The notes beneath the pieces are model-generated. The model saw only the letters and a program-made list of their open reading frames with translations. It did not search any database and was not told the origin of the DNA. Made by a program: the position numbers and the translations under genes. Of a stretch of 64,000 nt of DNA, positions 40,923 to 52,300 are shown one piece after another. This DNA is from the human T2T-CHM13v2.0 reference genome, Homo sapiens: the NCBI RefSeq assembly GCF_009914755.1, contig NC_060944.1. One strand, written 5' to 3'. How positions within the stretch are numbered: position 1 is the first letter of the stretch; each line of letters begins with the position of its first letter.

Positions 40923-43900
40923 TATCCCTTTATCATTACATTATGATCTTCATTTTTCTAACTACTTTTAATTGAAAATTTGCTTTATCTAATATAAGTA
41001 TAGTTACTCTTGCTCACTTTCGGGTTTCCATTTGCAAGACATATCTTTTTCTATCCCTTTACTTTTAGTCTATACGCCTTTACAGGTAAGGTAAGTTTCT
41101 TATAAGTAGTATATAGTTGAATCATTTTTTATCCATTCCTCCAATCCATATCCTTTAGGTGAAGTATTTAATCTATTTATAGTCAAGGTTAATATTGATA
41201 TATAAGGTTTTGTTCCTGTCATGTTGTTAATTGTTGTCTAGTGGTTTTAGACATTCTTTATTTTTCTGTTTGTCTTTGTGGTTTGGTGGAATTCTGCCAT
41301 GTTGTCATTTGATTCCTTTCTCTTTCTTCTTTGTGTGATTGTTTTATAGGACCTCTGAGTTTTATGCTTTTGTGTGTTTCTATGATGGTAAATATCATGC
41401 TTTCATTTCCATGTTTAGGACTCCTTTGAACATTTCTTGTAGGGCCAGTCCAGTGGTAACAAATTTCCTCAATATTCTCCTGTCTGGGAAAGACTTTATT
41501 TATTTTGCATTAATCTTAATATAGCTGGACAGAAAATTTTTGGCTGGCTATTTTTTGTTTTGTTTTGTTTTAATTTTAGTACTTTGCAAATACTATCCCA
41601 TTCTCTTCTGGCTGGTAAGGTTCCTGCTGAGAAGTCCACTGTTAGTCTGATGGTGTTTCCTTTCCAGTGACTAGATGCTTTTCTCTTGCTGATTTTAAAA
41701 TTCTCTTTCAAACTGACTTTACACAATATGATGACAACATTTCAGGCTGAGTTTCTTTTTGCAATGTATTTGCTGGGAGATCATTGGGCTTTCCGTCTTT
41801 GAATGTCTAAATGTCTTGCTAGAGTTGGGAAGTTTTTGTCAATTATTCTCTTAGATAAGTTTTCTAAACTTATCGGTTTTCCTTCCCCCTCAGGAATACC
41901 AGTAATTCATTAGTTTAGTTGCTTTATATAGTTCCATATGTCTCATAGGCTCTAAGCCTTGTTCATTCCTTTTTGCCTTTTTTTTTAATTTTTAATTTTT
42001 TATTTTTTTGGTCTGGATTATTTCAAAAGACTTGTCTTCAAGTTCTGAGATTCTGTCTTCTGCTTGATCTAGTCTATTGTTGGGGCTTTTGATTTTATTC
42101 TGTAATTCCTTCAATGAACTTTTCAGTTCCAGAATTTCTTTTTTTTTTTTTTAAGATATCTATCAACTTGGTAAATTTCTTGTGCTTATCCTGAATTAAT
42201 TTTCTGATTCACGTGAATTGGTTTCAGATTTCTCTTGCGTCTCCTTGATGTTCCTTACAATCAATATTTTTAATTATCTGGCATTTTAAAGATTTCTTTT
42301 TGGTTAGGGCCTATTGGTAGAGAATTATTATGATCATTTGAAGATGATGTTACCTTTTATTCATCTTTTCTATACCTTTACGCTGCTTTATTCACATCTT
42401 GAGTAATAGTCACTTTTTCTCATTTTTTAATTTGCTTTTATAAATGTGAAGGGGGATCTTTTTTCACTTGAAGATATAACTATGATGTATGCTAGGTAAG
42501 GCCATTTGGCTTTGTTTCTGGGTATATTCAGTGGCAAAGACTCTATATGGTTTCCTTGGCTGTAAATAGCCTAGTGTGGTGCTTTATCAAATGGCAGGTA
42601 TAGTAGCAGTGTGCCAAGTGTGTGAGCAGGCTCACAACCTCCTGAGCAGCCAGAAAGGCAATGGTGATAGGGATAGCAGCGATCACTAGAAGCTTTTCTC
42701 ATTCCAGAGTACTGTGCTATTGTGTCAGCAGTTATAACGGGCTGTGTGGACTGATATCCAGGACAGGACAGTAGGTGGCACTTTCAGGTAAGAACCAGCT
42801 GTGGTGGTGGCAGCAGGTTTCATGCCTACTCTCTGTTGGCCAGGAAAGGTACCCAGGTGTCCCAGGTGGTGAGCTGGGTTGTGGAATGCCCAGGGGCCTG
42901 GGTCCCACACTCCATTTTAGAGTGCTTGTGGGTGGAGTGGTGGGTGTGAAGCTGGGCAGAAATGGACTATGGAAGACTACATTCAGGCCTCCCAAGGATA
43001 GCTGCAAGCACCATCTATGACACAGGTGGCAGGACAGTCCTCGGGCTCTTAGCAAAATGCTTGGGTGAGGGATAACTGCAGCTGCACCAAGGTCTCAGCA
43101 TGGGAGAGAGGGGCAGTCCCAGTGACAGAGCATTGGCCAGTGGGAATGAATTCTATTCTCTCTCACACTCCAGACCTGGTTGAGCTTTCTCACTCATCCC
43201 AACTGTGGCAGGCACTTGGGATAGCCAGGTAGTCACTGCAATTTGCTTCTAGTCTGCCATAAGCCCTGGTCTTAGAAGTCACTGCCCAGGTCAATATTAT
43301 ACCTCCCCAACAACTCTCCTCCTGGTCTTGTCCCAGGGGTTGGGGGAGCCCGATTCTGATGCCAGTGGCAGGTCCCCACGTTATACTCTTATTTCACTTC
43401 TGGCTATGGGAGCTCCTCTCCTGTCTGAGCTCCAGTTCTTCATGCCCCAGACTAAGTCTCTCTAATGCCAGAGACTTATGCTGCTGCAAGCTCTGAGGAC
43501 CCTACACAGCTTACTAAGAGCTAGGATCAAGAATGAAGTTCTACTCTTGGTGCCCAGGCATGATGGCATTCATGGGACATTTCCCAGAACAGTTCCTTCT
43601 CACAGTCTCCCAGACACTCCCCAAGCTAGTTTCAATGCTTAGGAGAGTCAAGCTGCTCTCTTATGGCCTGGATTGCACAATTCTCCAGTGGGAAAGTGAA
43701 CCACAAAGAGACACTCACTCACCGTCTCCCATATTGAGGATTCACATCCAGTCTTCAGTCAATCCCAACCATGTGGGCTACATGCCCTTCTCTTTCACAG
43801 ACTCCAGATTTTCACTTTACTTTTCTGTTTAACTCTCATGTTCTTTCTTGGATTAATGTTCAAAGTGTGATTGTTTACACATTTTGACTCTTCTAAGTGG

Positions 43901-44211
43901 ATGAGGCACACTGGAAAAGCCTCTAGTCATGCATCTTGGAAAAAAACAGTACATCTTAACAGAAGCCAACATTATTCTATTTCCTCAGCCAAACTCTGAT
44001 TCAATGCAACATGCTTAAGTCAAGTGTGAATTTGAAATAGAGATTAGATATTTCTGTTTTCTACTTTTTTCTTAGTGTTGAAAAACAGGATGTAATTGTT
44101 TGCCAAATCCTCTTGATTTACCCGATTCTGATTAAGACCTTGAGATTAGATGCAAACAGAATGTCATTCAATGAAATCAGACTCTTTAGAGTTTGTTGGT
44201 TGTTTTAGTCT

Positions 44212-44772
44212 CTGCTACATTGACTGTAAAACTGGTCCCAATTCTCCACCCCACCCTGAATCCATGCCCTTGGCAATGTGACTGCAGCTACTTCCAATGT
44301 CAACACCTATAAACAGGTGAACTCTATTTCTCCTATCCTGGAATCTTGGCTGGCCTCATGACTTGCTCTAGCCAATAGAAAGTGGCAGAATAGATAGTGT
44401 GACACCTCTGAGCTAAACCTACTGAGGCCATGCATGTTTTGATTTTTCAAAGAACTCTCTCCACCTCATGAACAAGCCTAAGCTAACCTGCTGGAGGGTG
44501 AAAGACCATGTAGAGGGGAGCCTCGTTGCCTCAGTCTAAGACTATCCTTGACCAGTCTACAGACAGTTGTATCCCAAATATATCAGACAGTTCATTCAAG
44601 TTCAGCTGAGCTGCCTGCTTCATCTTCAGCTGATCACAAATATATCAATGAACTCAGTAAAGACCAGAAGAACCTCCCAGCCAACATTGTAAGCAATAAT
44701 ATGTGCTTATTGATTTTTAAGACATTAGGTTTTGCTTTTTTAAAAAAACATGGATCAATAGTTACTGATATT
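44212..44772 (+). mobile_element. MLT1H/G-type solo LTR
   Basis: atccatgcccttggcaatgtgact...gacttgctctagccaatagaa...caatagttactgata. Confidence 0.75.
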
Positions 44773-44879
44773 GTTTATATGTATAGATAGTATAAATGAG
44801 GCAGGGAATGCAAAACTGGCTCATTGTATGAGGGAAGTTCTTGATGGCATTTGCTTTGGATACTGGAGATCTAACCTAA

Positions 44880-45110
44880 GAATGAGGTAGGTATTTTACT
44901 GCAGAAAAGACTCAGGGGATACCTGATAGCTGAAAGATGCATAAACTGTTCTATGCAGCCATAAAGTATGAAACTGATACCAACACCAGAAAGTTCAAGG
45001 AAGACAGATACATAAAACTTCCTATAAGCCCAAGCTATACAGAGATGGGCTAGGCTGCCTAGGAATATGTAGAGCTCTTGTCTTTAGGGGAGACACCTGA
45101 AGGGTAAGCA
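44880..45110 (+). mobile_element. L3/CR1 3' fragment
   Basis: gaaaagactcaggggatacctgatagctg...gatgggctaggctgcctagg. Confidence 0.5.
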
Positions 45111-45149
45111 CTTCAAGGGGGATGTAATTACTGTGGAATGTGTTAATCA

Positions 45150-45678
45150 CTATTTCTAATTGGTAAAAACATCCAGCTAAGTGATAAAAACATTTCTTGC
45201 TTAAGCAAAGAAGACCTAAGATAGAGCTCACTCTCTTCCTCACCCTCACCCTCTCTACCCACGCCCTCTCCCTCCTTTATTTCTCAGACCTTATCTTTTT
45301 TCAGTATTGGCTAATTCTCAGGCAAGGTGTCTTCACACATGATGGCCCTAGATTCCCAAATTTATATTTTACTTTATAAATTCTCATAGAAGTACAATTT
45401 TTATCAAATAATTTTCAAAAACAAATCCTAGAATTGACTCCACATCATCCCAAACTACATCACATAACCACCCCTGAACCCCAAATGCCCCACTTCCATG
45501 TTGGAGCCAAGGTTATGTTCCTGCCTCCAGAGATAATTGAGTTGCAGAAGTCAGCCTCATCTGAACTACATGGAATAAGAATGGAGTGAGGTGCTTCTCT
45601 AAACTAAATATGAGAGCTATTATCAGAAAAAAAAGGATGAGTTCTTGCCAAACAAAAAGAGAATGTAGTCTCTACTAA
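45150..45678 (-). mobile_element. MLT1K-type LTR
   Basis: attctcaggcaagg...cacccctgaacc...gctattatcagaaaaaaaggatg. Confidence 0.5.
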
Positions 45679-46575
45679 AGTGCAATTCGACTTCCTAATA
45701 TGTTATTCTGGCTTTTCTTCACAGAAAGAACAAGGTCAGCCTAAAAGACATAAATTCAAGAATGCAGGGAAATAAACTTGTCTTCTTGAGGCAATTCAGT
45801 TCAATGCAGTTTAATTCAACAAATATTCATCGAGTGCTTAGTATGTGGTAGGCACTCTTGCAGGTGATTTGGCTCTGTCAGCCAGCCAGCCCCCAGGTAG
45901 CTCTTTACCTCCAGCCAGGGCACTACCCAAAAAGGCTGTAACAGGTATGCAGAATTTCCTTTTTTACCTTCCTACTTGTTTGTCTTCTCTCCCTCATGTC
46001 TTCTTTTCTTTTTTGATTTTGATCTCAGGGGTAGATGGTTGAGTTGATCATATTCTTAATTTCCTGGCATATTAACATCACGACCCCATATCTCTTATTT
46101 TTTAATTATTTGTTATATTGATAATCCCCCTTCTCCATCCTCATCCTTTTCACTCCCATAGGCAACACAAGTGTCTTAAATAAATAGCTTTTTGTTTGTA
46201 TATGTTTCTATAATAACTATTACAATAAGTGTATTTTTATATGTTGCATTTCTTAATTTTTATAAATTATGTAACATTTTCATGTAATATGCTTATATAT
46301 ATTTGCTAATTATATTTTCTGTTACATATATAACTGTGCATGTATTTATTTCTATATCTTAACATACAAATAGTTTAGTTTTCTACTGCCCCTTCCTGTT
46401 CTAGATTTTAAATCCACCCATGTCTCTTTGTTGTCATCTAGAACAGTTTCTTTTAAATGTTGCAGGTGAAATTTTTTTACCTCATAATTGTTTAAGGAGC
46501 CATAAAATGTAAGTGTCCTTTAAAGAAGGGACTCACTGTTGTATGTAAATGACAGGCACTGGCCCTGAAAGAAGT

Positions 46576-46744
46576 CTGGGACTACAGGCGCCGGCCACGA
46601 GGCCAGCTAATTTTTTGTATTTTTAGTAGAGAGGGGGTTTCACCATGTTAGCCAGGACGGTGATCCTCCCGCCTGACCTCGTGATCCACCCGCCTCCGCC
46701 TCCCAAAGTGCTGGGATTACAGGCGTGAGCCACCACGCCCAGCC
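46576..46744 (-). mobile_element. Alu (Y/Sc-like) lacking its 3' part and tail
   Basis: Intact left arm and linker plus ~35 nt of right arm; no poly(T). Confidence 0.9.
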
Positions 46745-46769
46745 AAGTGTCTTTGTTTTTATGAAGCTT

Positions 46770-47513
46770 TGATATAGGACTTAAGAAGAAATTACTTACG
46801 CAGAGAGTGAGGGTACTGGAGTCCTTGGTAAGGTTTTCTTTCTTAGTGAAAAGCAGCCCCAAATCAGTTTCCTTTCTAACAAAGAGCAGCCTGTAAAATC
46901 AAGCGGCAGACATAGATGCCAGCAGTTGTGCCAATCATGTTCAAAATGGCTACTCTATCTTCCCTTTTCTTTGTCAGCCACATGTCCAGTAAGGAGCAGA
47001 CAAGATGGCCTCAGCCAAGGGGAAAGCCTATCTGCATAATAAGATTAGTGTGTGTGGCTAGCCTTCCCCATGTGCTATGTAAACGTCACACCTATTCCAA
47101 CCCATCTGTGGGCCCTATGTAAATCCCACAATGCCTCTTCAAGCCTGCTTATAAAATTTGGTGGACTCCGGCCAGGTGCGGTGGCTCAGGCCTGTAATAC
47201 CAGCACTTTGGGAGGCCCAGGTGGGCGGATTGTCTGAGGTCAGGAGTTCAAGACCAGCCTGGCCAACAAGGTGAAACCTTGTCTCTACTAAAAATATAAA
47301 AATTAGCCAGGTGTGGTGGCAGGCGCCTGTAATCCCAGCTACTTGGGAGGCTGAGGCAGGAGAATTGCTTGAACCCAGCAGGTTCACTAGAGAGAAGGGC
47401 TTTCTTCTATTAAACCTCCACTCCTAAACTCCTCGTGTGTTTCTGTGTCCTAAATTTTCTTGATGTGAGATGATGAACCCCGGGTATTTACCCCAGACAA
47501 TATAGTCATTTCA
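46770..47513 (+). mobile_element. ERV1 (MER4-group, LTR27/28/43-like) solo LTR
   Basis: TG...CA termini, 4-bp TSD GCTT (46766-46769, 47514-47517), TATA-like tataaaa near 47150 and attaaa poly(A) signal near 47409. Confidence 0.85.
47170..47383 (+). mobile_element. AluS (Sx/Sq-like) nested in the LTR, 3' end deleted
   Basis: ggccaggtgcggtggctc...gcttgaacccagcaggt then an abrupt return to LTR sequence; no tail. Confidence 0.92.
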
Positions 47514-48269
47514 GCTTCATTCTAGTTGAGGAAGAGGAACTATAAATAAGTGGAATTGTGTGCAATAGTTTCAAAAAGTGCTAAGTGTAATAAAGCAAAT
47601 AGAAGAGGGTAATGAAATAAAGAGTTACTGTGGTAGGGGAGGCAAAAAAAAATGGCTAAATAGAACCCTCTAACAATCATCCCCACTCCCCACAAGAACA
47701 CTAAATTGAACAACTACCCACACAAGAAGGCACATTCATAAGAAACAAAATCAAATGAGTAATCACAGTTTGTGGTTTAACATTATATCCAGGAAAGGGT
47801 CCCTGAAGAGGGAAAGAAAGACAGTCTTGAAATGCCAACACTACCCCTCCCCAGTCTCCTGGCAGCAGTCACATGGTGCTGAGGAGAGAGATTTGTGTGA
47901 CTGGGGGAGGGAGAGCACAGTGATTGTGGGACTCAGTACTGCCCTGTCATAGCAGAAAGCAACACAGACCAGAAATTGGCCAGTACCCACAGAGGGAGCA
48001 TTTAGACCAGCCCTAGCTGGAGGCAAATTGCCCATCCCTGTGGTCAGAACCTAAGTTCTGGCAAGCCCCACCATCATGGGCTAAAAGGTTCTGGGGTTCT
48101 AAATATACTTGAAAGGCAGTCTAGGCCACAAGGATTTCAATGCCTAGACAAACCCTAGTGTTGTGCTGTGCTCAGAGCCAGTGGACTTGGGGTACAAGTG
48201 ACCTACTGCAATACCACCTGGGGCAGCCAACAGTGGGCTTACATCAACACCCCCTAGTGCCAGGTGGTG

Positions 48270-49380
48270 CAACATGAGGAGAGGAGAGCAGTGAGTGAAG
48301 AGGATTTTGTCTTACAACTAGGATATCACCACAACTACAGTGGAATAGAGCACCAGGTAGAGTCCTGATGCCTGAAATGGAGGTAGGACCTCCATTTCAG
48401 GTCCTAGCTCCCAGACCACATTTCTGGACACGCCCTGTGCCAGAAAGGAACCCCCTGCCTTGAATGGAAAGACCCTGGAAGGATTAATCGCCTACTGATT
48501 AAAGAGACTGTGGCCCTTAAATAAGCATCGGCAGCACCCAGGCAGTACTCACCATGGAACTTAGGTGAGACCCAGGGCCATGCTGACTTCCAGTATAACC
48601 CAGGGCATTCCCAGCTGTGGTGGCCATAGGAAAAGACTCCTTCTCCTTGAGGAAGAGAGAGGGAAGAGTAGAGGTGACTTTGTCTTGCAGCTTGGGTATC
48701 AACTTGGCCACGGTGAGGTAGAACACCAAGAGGGCTCCTGGGCCCCCTAATTCCAGGCCTTGGCTCCTGGATGGCAGTTTTGGACCTTCCCTGGGCCATA
48801 GCAGAGCCCACTGCCCTGAAGGGAGAGTTTCAGGCCTGGCAACATTCACCACAGCTGATTGAAGAGCCTTGGTCCTTGAGTGAACATTAGCAGTAGCTAG
48901 GCAGTACTTGCTGTGGGCCAGGGGCAATGGTGTTCAAGGAGAGAGGTTTCTTCTGCTTGAGTAAAGGAGAAGAAAGAGTAATAAGAACTTTGTCTTGCAT
49001 CTTGGGTGCCAGCTCAGCTGCAATAGAATAGAGCGTGAAGTAGAATCCTAAGGTTCCCAACTCCAGGCCCTGGCTCCCAGATGGCATTTCTGGACCTGCT
49101 CTGGGCCACTGCTCTAAAGGGAAGGCCACAAGCCTGGTTGAATGTCTTGCCTGCTGATTGAAGAATTTCTCCCTTTGGTCTTGAGAGAGCATCAGCAGTA
49201 ATCAGGCGGTGGTTGCCATGGGCTTTGGGCAAGACCCGGTGCTGTGCTGGCTTCAACCCAGTGCAGTCCTAGAGGTGGTATCCCCTAGAGAGATGCTTGT
49301 GTCCTCAGTTCTAGGCAACTCAGCACGGACAGAAAGACTCTGTTTGTTTGGTGGAAAGTAAGGGGATAGAACAAGAGTGT
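48270..49380 (+). repeat. About 3 diverged ~300-370-bp tandem units in the L1MA 5'UTR
   Basis: Recurrent (a/c)tttgtctt.ca.ct.gg motif near 48305, 48677 and 48987, each followed by cagg.cct.gctcc. Confidence 0.75.
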
Positions 49381-52300
49381 CTGCCAGGTAATACAAGGAA
49401 TTATCTCAGATCTTAACTGAGACCACCAAGGCACCTTGATTAGTTTGCAAGAGTCATGGAGTTACTGGTCTTAAGGTGCCCCCTAATGCAGATATGGCTG
49501 CAGTGACCAAAGACTTAAATCACAACACTCAATTCCCCTTGAATAAATTTGGAAAGCCTCTCTAAGAAGGATGGGTATAATAAACAAGGCCCAGACTGTG
49601 AAGACTACAATAAATACCTAACTCTTTAATGCCCATACATTGATGAACATTCACAAGCATCAAGACGATTCAAGGAAACATGACCTCACCAAATGAACTA
49701 AATAAAGCACTAGTGACCTACCCTGGAGTGACAGAGATATGGGACCTTTCAGACAGGGCATTCAAAATAGCTGTTTTGAGGAAGGTTGATGAAATTAAAG
49801 ATAACACAGAGAAGAAATTCAGAATCCTATCAGCTAAAGAGATTTATCAAAGAGGTTTACATAATTAACAAGAATCAAGCAGAAATTCTGGACCTGAAAG
49901 ATTCAATTGACATACTGAGGAATGCATCAGAGTCTCTCAATTGATCAAGCAAAAGAAATAACTAGTGAGTTTGAATACAGGCTATTTGAAAATATACTGT
50001 CAGAGGAGACAAAAGAAAAAAGAATAAACAATGAAGAACACCTACCAGATCTGGAAAATAGCCTCAAAAGGGCAAATCTAAGAGTTACTGGCCTTAAAGA
50101 GAAGAGACAGAGAGATATTTGGGTAGAAAGTTCATTCAAATGGATAATAAAAGAGAACTTCCAAACCTAGAGGAACATGTCAACATTCAAGTACAAGAAG
50201 ATTGTAGAACACCAAGCAGATTTAACCTGAATAAGACTATATCAAGACATTTAGTAGTCAGACTCCCAAAGGTCAAGAATAAAGAAAAAATCTTAAAATC
50301 AGCAAATGAAAAGAAACAAATAACATAAAATGGTGTTCCAATACATCTGGCAGCAGACTTCTCAACAGAAACTTCACAGGCCAGAAAAGAGTGGCATGAC
50401 ATATTTAAAGTGCTGAAAGAAAAATCTTTTCTCCTACAGTAGTATATCCAGTGAAAATATACTTCAAATATATAGGAGAAAATAAGGACTTTCTCAGAGA
50501 AACAAAAGCTGCGGGATTTCATCAATACCAGACCTGTACTATAAAAAATGCTAAAAGGAGTAGTACTTCAATCTGAAAGAAAAGGATATTAATGAGCAAT
50601 AAAAAAAATTATATGAATGTACAAAACTCACTGCCAGTCATAAGTACACAAACACAGAATATTATAACACTGTAATTATGGTATGTAAACTACTCATATA
50701 TTGAATAGAAAGACTGAAAGATGAACCTATCAAAAATGAGAGTTACAGCTTTTGAAAGCACAGTATGATAAGATAGAAATAATGAAAAGTTAAAAAGCAG
50801 ATGTGATTAAGTTAAAGTGTAGAGTTTTTATTAGTTTTATTTTTACTTGTTTGCTTTTGTAGTCAGTGTTGTTATCAGTTTAAAATAATGGATTAAAAAT
50901 ATTATTTTCAAGTCTCACAGTAACCTCAGTTTAAAAAAAAAGCCTACAACAGATATGCAAAAAAAAAAAAAAATCAAAACATACCACCAGAAAAAATAAT
51001 TGAATTTTGATCTTTTTCTAGGTTCGGAAAGTTCTCTGTTATCTCTTTGAATAAAATTCTACCAGAATCTCTCTCTCACTAGCTCTTCTTTAAGGCCAAA
51101 CACAGCAGAAACAAACGAATTTGAAATAAAAAAATACAAAAGTTTCAAGAAAATGAAAAGTTGTTTGCAAAGATAAACAAAAATGGCAACTTTAGCCAGA
51201 TTAACTAAGAGAAAAGAGAGAAAATCCAAATAAATGAAATCAGAGAGAATATTGTCTTTACAAAATGGAAGACAGGAAGGAAGGAAAAGAAGACTATAAA
51301 ACAACCAGAAAACAAATAACAAAGTGGCAACAGTAAGTCCTTACCTATCAAGGATAACATTCAATGTAAATGGACTAAATTCTTCAATCAAAAGAAGTAG
51401 GGTGGGTGAATGGATTAAAAAATAAAACTCAATGATCTGTTGCCTGCAAGAAACACACTTCACCTATAAAAGCACGCATAAACTAAAAATAAATAAATGG
51501 GCAAAGATATTTCATACAAACGGAAACCACAAAAAAAGCAGTATTAGCTGTATTTACATCAGACAAAATAAATTTTAAGACAAAAACTATAAAAAGAGAC
51601 AAATAAGGTCATTACATGATAAAAGGGTCAATTCAGCAAGAGGATATAACAATTATGAATATATATGTACACAACGGTGTAACACCTCGATAAATAAAGG
51701 AAATAGTACTAGAGCTAAAGCGAGAAATAGGCCTAGATAAAATAAAAGCTGGAAACTTCAAAACCCCTCTTTCAGCATTGGATAGAACACCAGCTAGAAA
51801 ATCAACAAAGAAACGTCAGATTTAATCTGCAATATAGACCAAAAGTACCTGATAGTTATTTACAGAAAATTTCATCCAATGGCTGCAGAATACACACTCT
51901 TCTCCTCAATGCATGAATCACTCTAAAGGACAGACTATATGTTAGGCCAAGCAACAAGTCTTAAAACATTCAAAAAACATAAAATCATATTGAGTATCTT
52001 CTCTGATCACAATGGAATAAAACCACATAATAAGAGGAACTTTGGAAACAATACAAACACGTGGACATTAAACAACATGCTCCTGAAAGACCAGTAGATC
52101 AATGAAGAAATTAGAAAGAAAATTAAGAGATTTCTTGAAACAAATGAAAATTGAAATACAACATATCAAAACCTATGAGATACATTAAAAGCAGCACTAA
52201 GAAGAAAATTTATAGCAATATGCACCTACAGCAAAAAAGCAGAGAAACTTCACATAAACAATCTAACAATGAATCTTAAAGAACTAGTAAACAAGAGAAA

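Larger units (their letters stand above)
37216..43946 (-). mobile_element. Near full-length decayed L1PB (L1PB3/4 type)
   Basis: 3'UTR near 37216-37520, ORF2 and ORF1 remnants, ~1.5-kb 5'UTR ending ctagtcatgcatcttgg. Candidate TSD caacacatctt (37205-37215) / cagtacatctt (43947-43957). Confidence 0.9.
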
